From assembly GCA_964035545.1 (NCBI GenBank), contig OZ037770.1, forward strand, positions 14,560,642-14,624,641: 64,000 nucleotides of DNA. The letters are read 5' to 3'. The DNA is from Bugula neritina (Eukaryota > Animalia > Bryozoa). Below the pieces are notes generated by a model. The model did not search any database, was not told the origin of the DNA, and saw only the letters and a program-made list of their open reading frames with translations. Positions 28,150-53,090 of this stretch are shown here, piece after piece; the stretch's first letter is position 1, and each line of letters starts with the position of its first letter. A program made the translations under genes and the position numbers.

Positions 28150-29200
28150 GTTACATGCACCAGGGTCACGTTTTCACCTAAATTATTTCATAAAGTAAAA
28201 CATTAAGAATGCTGCAACGATAGCAATTAAATTTGAAATATCTAGGTAACTGAAACTAAGTACTGTAAAAAATATAAGATTATATGTTGCAGTTGCACAG
28301 TACAAGTCTTTTCGAGTGCAGACAAGAGCAATTCTTCACTTTTGCTTTTACCCAAGGTACAAACTTACTGTTTATGGATTATAAACTTAAAGTACATTCT
28401 CACAAGTACAGGTTTGCATCTGTTCTTATTAATGTTATATGATGCTTAAGCATTTTATATTGTATTCAATGTAGTCAGGTATGTATAATATACAAGTTGA
28501 TTGCAAGCAAACAAAATTAGCATCTATTAGCACAGTGGGTGTTAACTTAAACTACACCATTCTATTTTAGATACTATATTACCCGAGAACTGCCTATTTT
28601 GCAGTTTAAAAAAAAGCACTTTTGCCAACTTTGGTGAATGGCAGTCATATCCCACTAATTATCAATGTCAATATAAGTTCCATACTTGCTTGCTTAGCTC
28701 TCTACACCACGCAGTGGTTTGTTCTCTGGCTGGGTAGACAACTCCACTTAATTTCCAATTTCCAAAATGTTTATAGTCTTATAATGCCTGCTCTATATGT
28801 TGGGCATATGGCTATAGTTAATCACTTAATGTTCATATTGTTTTTGTTGATGAGTTCAAATGATCTTTTCAGAATTTCCCATCTTGAATTTTGGAAAAAT
28901 CTTTATGCAGAATCTTTTGAGTTAACTGAAAGGAGGATCATATCAAATAAATTCTTTTTATTATGCTCATTGATAGCCAATGAACAATGACTATGCCTGT
29001 GATATTATCTGCAATGATTTCCTTGGCATATCATATTCGAAATACTGATACCACATCGGCCACTCTACACACTAGATCGGAGTTGCTTTCTAGTTTATAT
29101 AAGCTTTAGGCTCCAGCCTACTCTAAGACTTTTCGAACAGAACCATTGATGACTTAGCTAGGTCTAATGGAGTTTTGTAGCATGAGAAATCATTCAACTA
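28150..29200 (-). mobile_element. Decayed L1/Tx1-clade LINE ORF2 C-terminal relic
   Basis: Broken minus-strand frames give SLRVGWSLKL, WEILK, YIDID..WQKCFF, RMV*FKL, HIILYF, resembling the region around the L1/Tx1 zinc knuckle. Collinear nucleotide similarity to 42245-42460. Boundaries are approximate. Confidence 0.4.
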
Positions 29201-29526
29201 TAGAATAAAGCTTCATATCTTCGAACCCATGCAAACCCGATATAACCAAGAATTATAGCTCCAAGCTGAGCAAAACTCCACTTCTTACCGTGACATGTAT
29301 TGTTTTTACAAGTTAGTTCTCCAACACCTGCATTCCGTTATCTGTGTAGCCACTGATAAGTTCATAAGCTTCTTGATTGTAGATTGGCTGAAGCTATTGC
29401 CTAGTACACTCGATGTGTCATCATTATAGTTAATATACGAATGAATGTTAATAAGTCACGTTGACTACGTTGTCTGCTGCGAGGAAAGCTCTCCCTAACG
29501 CTTGTCTGCTCAGATGAAACTAGACA

Positions 29527-40612
<11,086 letters not shown>

Positions 40613-40694
40613 TATATATTGGCAGCTTAAAGTTTCAGTTGGTAGCACTACTTCTCTTTGTGCGTACATTGGTGGCACCACTTTATACCTGTGC

Positions 40695-41270
40695 TGACAC
40701 TCTCTCACCAGTGCTTGTTGATGGCAATGTGTCATAAGAACGATAGTGACACTCTCTCACCAGTACTTGTGTATAGCAATGTGTCATAGGAGTGATAGTG
40801 ACACTTCCTCACCAGTGCTTGTTGATGGCAATGTGTCATAGGAGTGATAGTGACACTTCCTCACCAGTGCTTGTTGATGGCAATGTGTCATAAGAACGAT
40901 AGTGACACTCTCTCACCAGTACTTGTGTATAGCAATGTGTCATAAAAGTGACAGTGACACTCTCTCACCAGTACTTTTGTATAGCAATGTGTCATAAAAG
41001 TGACAGTGACACTCTCTCACCAGTACTTGTGTATAGCAATGTGTCATAAGAGCGATAGTGACACTCTCTCACCAGTACTTGTGTATAGCAATGTGTCATA
41101 AGAGCGATAGTGACACTCTCTCACCAGTACTTGTGTATAGCAATGTGTCATAAGAGTGATAGTGACACTCCTTCACCAGTACTTGTGTATAGCAATGTGT
41201 CATAGGAGCCATAGTGACACTCTCTCACCAGTACTTGTGTATAGCAATGTGTCATAAAAGTGATGGTGAG
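40695..41270 (+). repeat. 52-bp minisatellite (about 11 units) just 3' of paralogue 1 stop
   Basis: TGACACTCTCTCACCAGTACTTGTGTATAGCAATGTGTCATAAGAGCGATAG; each unit has inverted TGACAC..GTGTCA. Confidence 0.95.
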
Positions 41271-41681
41271 GTGCTTATTAACCACTCATTTGCTGTTTCC
41301 TAACCTGTACATAAAAAATTGTAAATCTGTTGTTCTATAGCATATTTTTACTGACAATAATATAACACATTATTGTGTACGTGACCACTTTTGGTATTGA
41401 TAGATGCAGCGAAATGTGCTCCGTTGCGTGGAAGTGATAAAAAATTACCAACAAATTTTGATTAGTTCAAGGGATGGAGTGTCCATCAGATAAGAAAACT
41501 GCTCGTCAATATTTGTGATGGTTATCAAGGAAAGGTCAAACATAGGACCTATTTCATCATATATTTATTATACAGCCAGGTTTTCTGGCTAAAATTCCTT
41601 TTCGTGTATATATATATATATATAATTTCTATAATTAAAAACTGAATCAAAAGAACTCAATATTTCAAAAAATAGAGTATT

Positions 41682-41776
41682 TATATTTGGTACTGATACA
41701 ATTTTGGATATAGAATAAACTTATGTCAATAAAATGAATATATAAGTTTATTCTATATCCAAAATTGTATCAGTAC

Positions 41777-41784
<8 letters not shown>
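41682..41784. repeat. Perfect inverted repeat (about 43-bp arms) adjoining (TA)n
   Basis: TATATTTGGTACTGATACAATTTTGGATATAGAATAAACTTAT and its reverse complement. (TA)n tracts lie at about 41607-41623 and 41781-41848. Confidence 0.8.
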
Positions 41785-41852
<68 letters not shown>

Positions 41853-41999
41853 AGGTATATTCGTTTTACAGTATAACAACAAAAACATGCCTCTCAATCA
41901 CTATAGATTGCCTGTAGTTATGTTTTCTGTTAATCAATATGTTGTGTCAGTGTATATATAATTGTGTAAAAATATTTTAATCACAATGTGTTGGCTTAA

Positions 42000-42600
42000 T
42001 GTTTAAAAATTAAAGTTTTGAATAACACAATGTTATTCAGGATGAATCATTTCATTGTTTTGCTAACATTAACTCCTTCATCATCTGATTGTAAATTTTG
42101 TTTGTTTATTAGTATGTTTTGCTGAACAGAGGCACTTACGGCTAAACAATTTTCACTAAATATTTTTGTCGCAGTTTTTAGTCATATGGTGTTATTATTG
42201 TGCAAAGTTTCTTGCTACAAATTATCTTAATTTACCAAATGCCAAAAGCAGTTTGCCATTCCTAACTATTGGCCTTATATATATCAATGTCAATAATCTG
42301 ACTAGTATATACAATGTGGCCACCAGCCATCCTTCGTTAGCCTCATTCTCCTGCCAGACCCTCTCAACTTTCAGGCTGGGTGAATTATTAATGGAAGTTT
42401 CTAGAATGTTCTCCTATGAGATATCTGCAGCCCTAATCAGTTGGACTTTTGATATTAGCACAAAAACCAATATTTATATTTTGGTGTCAGGATTTTTTTG
42501 AATATGAAATTTCCTGAGTTGTTACCCTGTTGAGTTATTTCATGATGACTTTAAATCTGCTCCTGGACATAACCACCGCCATTTTATGTATTTTGAAAAG
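42000..42600 (-). mobile_element. Decayed L1/Tx1-clade LINE ORF2 relic, second copy
   Basis: Broken frames give IIDIDI..WQTAF, KLRQ, KLFSRKCLC, C*QNNEMIH..HCV, similar to a zf-RVT pattern. Homologous to 28615-28810. Confidence 0.4.
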
Positions 42601-44500
42601 TTGTTCAATTTGTTGACACACTGATCCTTCACCAACTGTTTGTATCTAAGCTATGCTTCGTCTTTCAACACTTTACAAAGTAAGTGACTTCATCTTAGAC
42701 ATAGAAGGTCTGCCCTTGACCTAATTAATGAGCTAATCACGGAGACTGTGGATTGTGCAGATGTTGATGCTAGCTGCAGACATAGGAGCTGTTGTTTACT
42801 TTTAAATTGCAATAAGCTGCAAATTAGAGGGTCTGGATAACATTTGCTGTAATGCAATTTTAAGTAATGAACAGTTTACTATACAATATTGTTTTCTTAT
42901 CTATTAGATGAGAACTCTAACACATGCTAGGGAGTGGTCTACAGCTATAGCAGAAACAGAAAAGCATATTTGTGTTTAGTATAGGCTTATAATATTTTGA
43001 TGCTTTATTTGAAAGCTGGCAGAGAAATGCCTGAGCTAGTGGTTAGAACATAGTGTCTTAGTTTTTTAGCTATCTTATTTAACTAGAGGTGGCTACAGAG
43101 TTTTCAGATATCTATCATTAGCACTCTATGGAATATTTTGTGGGCAAAAGTTACTAGCCCATGAAAATATCAATCATGCTCAGTTATCCAAACCTATATA
43201 ATAGAAGCTTGTTAATTCTACTGCATGCCACTGATCGAACAATACCTTCAGTCAATCTGAGATATTCTATAAACTCCATACGTTGTTGTTGCTGGCACCA
43301 CTTCTCTGAGGAGTGTGGAATGGAGTGTGACCTTTACCCTTGGTTGACCCCTGATCTTACCAGCAAATCATGTAGCATTATTACAGTTGAGGTATTAGTT
43401 GGTGGTAGGTCATATTATATACAGTTAGTATCAGCATAGGATATCCTGCATTGCACAACTGCTACAACTGTCATGATGGTATCTAGAATTCAAAACTCTC
43501 TGGATACTCGGCCATTTCAGTGGTGGGTTTCCTTTTTTTCAGATTATTTGAACTTGTTACTTTTCAAAACATGATTATAGTTTGTTTTATTGCCTTTTAG
43601 CACTTAATAATTATATCTTGAACGTACAAGTTTTGGAGATGATCATATTGATATTTATAAATTTATTCTAATCGGCAGTGGACTAATTATGGTCAGCTAT
43701 AAAAATAGTTAAAAGTATTTATGAACAAACGAATACCACATTTCTAATGTAGAAAAACTAAAACGAATTTTTATAGGCAGAATTTCTAAGATCACTTGAG
43801 CATTTCTAATGTGTTATTTTACTTTTAGTTAGACTTAGTGGAGCAAGTAATGTAAGTTTGTTATGGTTTATGTCACTATGTGTATTAGGATTTATGATGT
43901 TTGACCAATGTCAATGTAGACCATTTTTTTGTTGTTCATATTTTATTAAATTATTCAGTGAAGCACTATTACTCTATTAGTATTTTGTCCCTAAATTCTC
44001 AAATGATTTTAACATCAAAACCGTAATTTTGTTTTGGAATCATAAAATTCGATCATTATAAGGATCAATTTTCAATAAATTTATATTGATGTTATAATTA
44101 TTGTTTTATCAATTACAATAACTTGCTTCAATAGTGTAGGTGCAGCTTTTAAAAATCTGGTAAGACTTCCTGGCACTTGGTGTTATAGTAGGCTACAGTA
44201 GTAGTCACCACTGCATTATTCTAGTACTTGTAGTCGACAAAATATGGTAGTATTAAAGTATTCCTATATGGGTGGGGGAGGTAGTCGTACATTTTGTTCA
44301 CCACATTGCTTGTAGAAGGTATCCATAGAAGGGAGTTTGCACATAGATATGTAACTGTAAATTGCTAATAAATTGATCAAAAGTAATAAAAATATCAAAA
44401 TCGTAAGAGGTATGATTCCCTAAATTACTAGCCTCTTTCACGTTAGGTGATCATCAACGCTAGAACGATGCCACAATTCTAAAACAGCTTGAACAAGAAG

Positions 44501-47500
44501 ATGGCCCGGAAGCTAAAAGCATGCCTGGTTTCTATAACACTAGTCTTGCTTACAGTATATTGGCTGTCTGGAAATGGTGAGTGTTGGTGTACCTGCATAG
44601 TTATGTAACATAATAATAATTTAACCTGCATAATTATGTAATCAATATAATATTCTTATCGTGAAATGGCATTAGGTATTGCTTAGTTGAAGTCTCCTAT
44701 TTTATGTTTGACATTTAGCTCGCTTGTTTTCTCAGACAGACAGACAGACAGGTTTCTCGGCTACTGATAGACTGATGTTGATGTTTTCATCGACTGCACT
44801 GCATTCAATTGATTAGTTTAAATGCCAGAACAGTCACTACTAACATTCCACTAGAATGAGACCTACTAGTAACTATTGGCTGAAATTTGTGACTAGATCT
44901 TCATGATGTTTCAGACAAAAAGTGTTTTCTAATGAAAAATTAAAGTTTGGAACAAATAAAGGTCAAAAGCAAAGTTATATGAACATTTGAATTGTTTGTA
45001 ATTTTCATTATAGACCAAATTTTTAATCTTATTACATGTTTAGATAGTGTATTATTACTAAAACACTTTATATTTGTGCTGATTCTGTTTTGCTGTCAGC
45101 AATAATGCTGTCTAAATGAGCTCGCAGTAAATAACTGCTGTAAATGAGGTTAGTGTTGAGTACACTATTAGGAATGAGGTTAGGTGTGGTAAATGGAGAG
45201 GAACACCACAAACATTATTAATCACTCCAAGAGAAACTTCATAAAGCTCTTCATTACTAGTACTTACCACTACACTAACACCACAATCAGTTTTCAATAT
45301 ATATTTTTGGATAGCTATCGATTCCACTTGTGGAAACTGGTAATACAAAGCTATTTGTCATTTTTCTTTGTTCTTTTGCAGAAATTGGAATTCAAACTGA
45401 TTCATCTCCGGGATATTATGTGCACCACTCTTCTACTTCTTCAACCCCTGCCAGAAATATGTCTTTCAACAACCATTTCCACATCCTCACTATGCTGAGT
45501 GTATTCAATGGCAAGTATTACATATGCCCCTGTAGTGATGTGATTACTCAGTGGTCCCTGTTGTGTAATAGTTAGTTCGCCTGCTTGCAAGTCGTAAGTC
45601 TTGGGTTCGAATCTCAGTGGGGGTAAAAGTTTTCTAGTCGCAATTTATTTACTCTGGTAGCATGTGTATTTTTTGAGCTGTACAAATCAAGAAGAAATAA
45701 GCTGGTAGTTAGTGAATTTTCCCAGGGATTGGCAACAGAAAGCTGCTACCAGTAAAAATATTCATGCAATATAAAGGTTAGATGACATGGAGCTACACAC
45801 GTCTGTACTGGTACTTGTTTTACATCATAGAACAATCTAGAAGACACTGTTAGTAGCAATACTACAATGTTATTTACTTCCCTTAGAATTTAGATGTTTA
45901 ATAACAAGCAGTGAAGGCATGAGAACAGTTTTACCCAACCCTGTGTTATATACGTGATGATTGCTTACATGCCATCTAGCTGGTGTGTTGCTATGCTAAG
46001 CACTCTAGGGTTTGGAAATATTTGACACTCGGAAGAATTTGCATAAAGTATTTCATCATTTATATGGCTTAGGTAGTTGCAGTAACTAAACTAGTAAGAA
46101 AATTCTGGTTGGCTGAAAATGCCGTTCTCAAAGATGTAAATAATGTTGTGGCTAACTCTGTGGCCCTATCAACACAGTAACGGCATCTTCCATATTCCTA
46201 GTTCATATATCTATTTGTTTGTTCCCAAGCTAATGCAAATGGATTTTTCATTAGATATTTGGAAACCGTTGCATAAAATGAAACCACATCTGTAAGTCAA
46301 TCCAAACTGCAGAGTAACCACAGTATCAAATGGCAGCATTTTCATCCAATCCTATTAGTAAAACTTATTTGTGCTGCCATGTTGGAAAGTTTCTTAGTCT
46401 AAGAATCTACTGAAATAGAAATGAGTATCAGAATTTATTTGTGGATTCAAAATATGTGAACCAAACTCGTCTGTCCTTTTCTTATCTTGTGACAGTTTTA
46501 GGCTCAAAAACTAACCCTAATAAAAGTGTATTGATGCAATAAAATTGTTCATATCACTGTCACATCCACTCTGAAGAGTTTTATTGCCAATTCAGAAGCT
46601 TGTACTTAAAATCTTCAATGGCTTTGTTACATTAATTTGATTTGTTTTTAAATAACAAACGCAGCAGCATCTTTGTACCAAAATGACTCAGAGAGTAATG
46701 GTTGTAGAAATAACTGAAAAAAGTATGTGTTTTAGATGAAAAATGTCGTAAAAGATGTTATGCTCGACCAAAGTTTATTAAAAACTTAATGAACTTGAGC
46801 TATTAATAAGTTCACTTGAAAACAGAGCTCTAGCCTTCAGCTCACTGAAGTAATGGTGGTTATAGAGTGTAGAGGGATGTAGTCATGATCACGCTGGTGG
46901 CAATGATTGTAACTTGTTACTAGCAACTAATAACTGAACACTAGCTGAGAGAACTATAGTGGGCCAAAGCCAAACTGTTGAAGACTGTTGAAACCATAAA
47001 AATATTTAAATTGAGATGCAAAAGCATGTCTTCATTTGAACTCTGATTCGACTCCTCGCTAAATATCACGTTTCTGAAGTGAGCAGGTAATAGTGACTTG
47101 TTATCCTGCAGGTAAAAGATGGCCCAAGTACGATGAATTCACGGATCAAGATTTAGTAGACCGAGATAAGGAATATTTAGCCACGCTAAGAGCTAATCTA
47201 GAAAACAAACTTGTCAAAGAAGTACATTTGTTTTACATGGAAGATGATGATTTAAAGGTAAGTTTTATATAACTTTGCTTATGGCTGGTGGTACCATATG
47301 TTCTTTATTTATTGAAATTGATGGCAACAACATATGATTATTAGCCAAAGTAGTACATACAAGTTTGTTTTTACTGAATAATTTGAATTGAAGTTTTAGT
47401 ATCACATTCAGTAAACAAAGTAATTGAGATTTTGCTTTAAAGTTATTTTTAAAAAAGGAAAACATATTTTTTACTCAAACAAAAATTGAGTCACACAAAG

Positions 47501-50500
47501 TTGAAAATGACCATACAACGGCTGGATTTTCAGTAAACCTAAGTTCTGTCAATATTTCTAAGAGTCAAAAGTTAGACTGGCTGTAGAATTAGCCTCAAAT
47601 ATAGGAAAAGACTTTAAGAACCTGGACTACATACCAGACTAGCTATAAAGACATGATCATGGCTTTCACATCACAAATTTTAATTAATATTATGTAAGCA
47701 AAGTTTGTTTGGAAGAATATAAAGATACCAGATATGACCTATAAGACAGATTGGCAATAGTGGGATTAGCAGATGGTCTAGCTAGACTTATTTGCAGACA
47801 CTGGTTTTGGGTATTTACAAGTGTTGGATGGGTTGTTAATTGTATTCTCCTCTGAGTTATTGTATGAGATTGGAATTCCTCACCATCAAACTTCTTTGAT
47901 GTTTTAATCCATTGTTTAACTCCTAATTTCGTGGAACAGAATGAAAGAGATGAGTGACCACGATAATGCTTATGAAATAGATATGACTTTTTGTGATTTG
48001 AGAGAATTTCAATTGATGGAGATTTCATTTGAACGAACTTGATTTTCAAGGCTCATTTAGCCACAAAATGAGCTAACAAAAGGAGCTTAGAGGTGCACAC
48101 ATTTAGCACATGAATCTTTTTCACATTTTTCTGCATCATCAAAACTCTATATCAATTTCAAGTACTTATTGTTAGCCTAAGAAAAAAAGCTCACCAAGTT
48201 TATAGTCATTATCCCTGTGAAAAAACCCCTGATGGGAAGGGGGCAATTATGACTGGATGCTCTTCTTAACATCGCCAATGGCCTTTTTCTAGGCTCCAAC
48301 CCATGACTTCGTGCAAACTAGGCAAGCGCTCTAACCCCTAGACCACAGCTGCTACCTTCTTGTTAGCCAAAGAGGCTAAGAGAAAATAATGTAATGTTTG
48401 AACTTTCGCAATCAAACTATACTCCCTGTATATACTCCTTGAAGGAAACTCTTACTAAGAGAGACAAATTTCTTTTGTAAAGTTCAACACCAGAGCGTCC
48501 GGCTGTTATGCTGTAGTCTCAGACCCAACTCTTTTCTTTCCATGAATTATAATGTGAATAATTAAATAGAATGGGGGCAGCCGTGGTCTAGGGGTTAGAG
48601 CATTTGTCTGGTAAACACGGAGGTCATGGGTTCGAGCCCTGACAAAGGCCATTGGTGATGTTAGGAAGAGCATCCAGTCATAATTGCTCCTGTGCCTCAT
48701 TTAAATAAGTCCTTAGCCCGTTTCAACAAAAATCCTTTCCATCAGGGGTTTCTCACAGGGATGGTGACTATAAACTCGCGTGAGTTTTTTTAAATAGAAT
48801 GGGGGAAGTTTACAAATACAACTTTTAGTTTCAATATGTAAAATAATGATCATAATAAAAACACTGATGCTGGGAGTAGCATTATTAGATGTATGTTATG
48901 CTCTTTGACCAAGTATTTATATTACATCATGCTTATACATGGAGAGCCTAGTATATTATAGTGTATACTAATTACATGCTGTACTATAGAGTATTTAGCA
49001 CAAGCAGTCTACCAGCAGGCACTGTAACCAATGTGGCAGACATGGTGACAAATACAGTAACAGAAAGAGAAGATACTTGTAAGGTTTCCACAAAAAATGT
49101 TTCCCATATTTTGGATGCAAAATGACATGTTTGTTGTTTTAGTTGGTCAAATCTCAAAATTTCTCTGCACTGAATAAACTGAGACCAGTGAAGTGGCACA
49201 GAAGATTGCATATGGCCGATTTCTTCTTGTACGCCTCAGAGAATTTAGTCAACAAATCTGTGATAGCTATAAATGGAGATATATGTAAGTGTGTTGCAAC
49301 ATAGCTTTGCAATCCTAATACTTGGCGTTTTAAATTGTGACTTTGCATTCCGTATGTAGCAACTGTAGTAGTGGTAGTTAGTAATAGCAGTAGAAGCAGT
49401 GGTGGTAGCGGTGCTAGTAGTAATAGTAGTAGTAGTAGTAGTAGTGGTAGTAGTAGTAGTGCTAGTGGTGGTGGTAGTAGCGGCACCAGTGTTAGCATGC
49501 CATTATTATCTGGTATATAAAAAGTCAATGTATTTTTCAGTGATTGGCAAGGGATTTGATTTGATAGACACGGAGAGACTGAGAGATGAAAGAGTTATGT
49601 TCTCTTTAACAAGACACAATATAATACGGGACGGCAAGAGATGCACCCCTCTTAATCTATGCACAGAATCTCACTATAGAGGTTTGTTTAGTAAACTGCG
49701 CCAACACAAGTAATAATATATCATTTGAGTGGTTAGCCTATCAACTGAGATATAGATACAATTGTATGAAGTTAAAATGGATTTATATTATTTTCAGCCT
49801 CACACGACACTCATGTATTTAGACTGGCAGAGCCACTAAATGAAACTCTGATATTAGATAAACTAGACTATCCAATCAACATGTGGGGAGCTGAAAATGG
49901 TGAGACAAATCCTGTAACTGTTTTATTCAGTGATAGTATAGTACTTGGAATGGAAAGACAACTGTCATAAAACTAAAATTTTTAACTTTTAGAAGCAGAG
50001 TGACCTACAATACAGTACAATACAGTGCAATACAATACAATGCAATACAATGCAATATAATACACTACAATAGCAATAGAAAACAATACAATAGCAATAC
50101 ATAACAATAGCAATACAATAGCAATACAATACAATAGCAATTTTTTTCAAATCATTATATTATTTTAGACTTCACCTTTCTCAACTGACGTATTGAATTT
50201 GTACTTCATTTAATGGTGTTTTTTATTGCAGCTATGCACTGGACGTTCAAAAATGTCCTCAACTTCACCGTGAGAAATCCATGCCGTGTTTTAGTGACAC
50301 ATCACAACCACTGTTCCAAGGTTCATGGGCCTAGCTTGGAAAAGGTAGAGGAACACAAATACTCTATATACTACTTGCCCAATAAGGGTTGGACACAGAA
50401 AAATGTTTTACAAAGTTATACTCCATTTGAAGACAGCCTAGCTTACCGGAAACGGGAAAAATCTGGCTTCTTTGCGTTTTTTTATTCATTCCTATCACGG

Positions 50501-50509
50501 TGGACTTGA
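44501..50509 (+). CDS. Putative GT-A-fold glycosyltransferase, paralogue 2 (337 aa; one GC-AG intron)
   Basis: Exons 44501-44576 (MARKLKACLVSITLVLLTVYWLSGN), 45382-45510 (GC donor), 47112-47257, 49143-49284, 49541-49681, 49798-49899, 50232-50509. 1014 nt in frame. Core exons are nearly identical to paralogue 1. Confidence 0.85.
45555..45630 (+). mobile_element. tRNA-derived SINE head (family A)
   Basis: TTGTGTAATAGTTAGTTCGCCTGCTTGCAAGTCGTAAGTCTTGGGTTCGAATCTC has the same layout as the 12748 copy. Confidence 0.55.
48183..48359 (-). mobile_element. SINE family B, internally deleted, with near-perfect TSD
   Basis: Reverse complement of the family B head and core. Flanked by TTGTTAGCCTAAGA and TTGTTAGCCAAAGA. 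Confidence 0.8.
48573..48790 (+). mobile_element. SINE family B, full length with 16-bp TSD
   Basis: A box TGGTCTAGGGG, B box GGTTCGAGCC, core GGTGATGTTAGGAAGAGCATCCAGTCATAA and T-tail. Direct repeat TTAAATAGAATGGGGG at 48562-48577 and 48790-48805. Confidence 0.9.
50005..50140 (+). repeat. (CAATA)n microsatellite
   Basis: Direct reading. Confidence 0.85.
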
Positions 50510-50676
50510 TTAAAGTGCCATCAGATGTCAAGAGAGTGTAAAAAAGTGTCAACATAAAGTCATCAATGTATCACCGTTAAACATTCATCTAGTCGAAACT
50601 CTCCCATACAATAATCACTATCTCAAGTGCAATATTTTTGGCAGCAGCTATTTAAGTTTTAATTAGGAGATTTGAT

Positions 50677-50835
50677 ATCCTATCAACTTGTGACACCTGT
50701 AAACAAGTGCTTGCTATCCTGTCAACTTGTGACACCTGTTCAAAAGTGCTTGCTATCCTGTCAACTTGTGACACCTGTAAACAAGTGCTTGCTATCCTGT
50801 CAACTTGTGACACTTGTTAAAAAGTGCTTGCTGTC
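50677..50835 (+). repeat. 39-bp tandem repeat x4 3' of paralogue 2 stop
   Basis: ATCCTGTCAACTTGTGACACCTGTAAACAAGTGCTTGCT. Confidence 0.9.
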
Positions 50836-53016
50836 ATATGTAGCTAAATAATTATGGTCAATTTATCAAATTATTTTCTTTTGTAGCTCATAATTAAATC
50901 AACATTATTTGCTATATGAAATATTTTAAGCAAGTGCCATTGTGCTCACTGTTAATGAGTTTTTTATATTTTATTTGAATGTTTTACAATTTTTTTTATT
51001 CTAAACTATGCAATCTTGTTGTCTATTTTAAATTCAGCAATTTTTAAATAACTATTTTGTAAATAAAGATTATTTTAGTACTCATTGTAAAGGGTTTATA
51101 AATTACAGCTTTAATATTATGACGTTAGTTCCATACATCTTGTACACTTTGCCATTTGCTTTACATCAACATGATATGTTGCCTGATATTGCTAGTTGTT
51201 AATTTATATTTAATTAATGTATCTGAATTTATATAAAAATTTTACTCTTTTTACTCTCCGGTTAGCTCAGATAAAAAGGACAAAGCATCTTGATTAACAA
51301 ATCACTAACCAATCACATGAATTTGCTGCAAGTCAAATGTGCTAAAATAGATTTTAAACAGACAATGCTTATATAAATACAATTTCTATTTTATTGTTTT
51401 AGATTTGTAACTCGAATCTTAAAATTTGAAACCAGGTATATTGATTGTGTATAATATTATATTGTATGCAAAATAACCAATTACAGATTATACGAACAAA
51501 AATACTTAAAATTCTGTGACAATAAATAAAGTATAGCATATGGAGTGCCAAATGGTCAAAAACTCGCTTATTATTGCATCTCATATGCTTATGATAAAGT
51601 ATCTAGCCATTATTCTCTCTCATATGCTCACAAAACGCTCTCTCATTGGTCTATAATTTGCTCTCATACCCTTATTATTTGTGCTCTTATGTCTAATATT
51701 TGGTCTCATACTGTTCTTATTCATTCCCATACTTTGATTTCTCTTCCTTTTATGCTTATTATTCAGTCCCATGCTTCCATTATGCCCCTATTATTGGCTC
51801 TGTTATATAGCCATTTTTCATTCTCTTATGCTTATTATACTCTTTCATACCCCTATTACAGTACTTGCTCTTGCGCCTGCATTATTAACTTCCATACCTC
51901 TAGTAACCATTGACACTCTATAGTCTATAATATCAACCACCAAAACCAACACTAATTAACCAACAGAGCCATTTTACTGAAAGTCAAAATAACAATTGCT
52001 CTTTGACACTCAGTCTTACTGAAAGTGTCTTCTCAACAAATATGGCAACTCGTATAGCTGATTGCTTTTCAGTTCTCTACAAATGGTGCTGCGGCTGCGC
52101 TCATCATTTTATAAGAGTTGTCCATTCTCGGCCTGGTGATGCAGAAGACCGAAGTTGGGAATCTATGCCATTTTGTAATCTGATTCCTGTTAATGGCGAA
52201 AGAGTGCATAATGTTCTCATATTTTGAGATGATTCGTATACATTTAGTAAAAGATGAAAAGCTTTTATGTTTCACTGTTTCTTTAGCTTTTTGCAGAGCA
52301 AGCTATTATATATACCTACAGCAGAGTCCTAGCTCTCAAGTTGCACTACTAATGGACGTTAACTTATAATATATATTATAGTAAAGTAAGTAAGTTTCTC
52401 TATATTTTCCTTTCTTTATTATATATACAATTATGGATGTCGTAATTTTGCCACAAACACATATTATGTTATGTTATGCATACATGTATGAGTATATTAG
52501 TTCTTGTACAGCTAAAATTTGCTTTTGTTGAACAAAAAGAACTCTACATGTATGTGTAGCTGCCAAAAACTCTCGCTGCTAGTTTGTAACATTTTAAATA
52601 CATGAGAAAAGGTTGCAAATGGAGTCCGCTAAAGCATGAAAATTAATTAAATACTTGCTTAACAGAATTTCGTAATCATTCACATTTTAAAATGTTCTCT
52701 CAGCTATGCAGGGTGCGTTTTTCTTATTTAGTATTATTACAAAATTGTGTACAAGTTGATTAGTAAATAATTGTTAATTATTAAATAATATGTTATGACA
52801 TATAGATACATGCACACAAACACATATCATAGCTGGCGCCACTTTAGCATTGCTCAATAACCGAAACCACAAATTAATGCTTTGAAATTTATTTTTGTCA
52901 ACATTTATCATGAAGAAATATTTAAAAAAAATTTTTTGAACTGCTAGTATGTGTGCTTATACTAAAATTTTTCTCACTTATTCTCACCTATCTCTGCTTT
53001 GTCCTGTCCGGGTAGT

Positions 53017-53090
53017 GGAAAAAACTCACGCAAGTTTATAGTCACCATCCCAGTGAGGAAACCCTTGATGAAAGAGGTCTTTGTTAAGTA
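53017..53090 (-). mobile_element. SINE family B, 3' fragment
   Basis: AAAAAACTCACGCAAGTTTATAGTCACCATCCCAGTGAGGAAACCCTTGATG is the reverse complement of the family B tail. Confidence 0.7.

Noticed and set aside
40695-41270. CRISPR-like appearance of regular repeats (also 23532, 24066)
   Set aside because: There are no unique spacers and no cas genes, and the context is eukaryotic.
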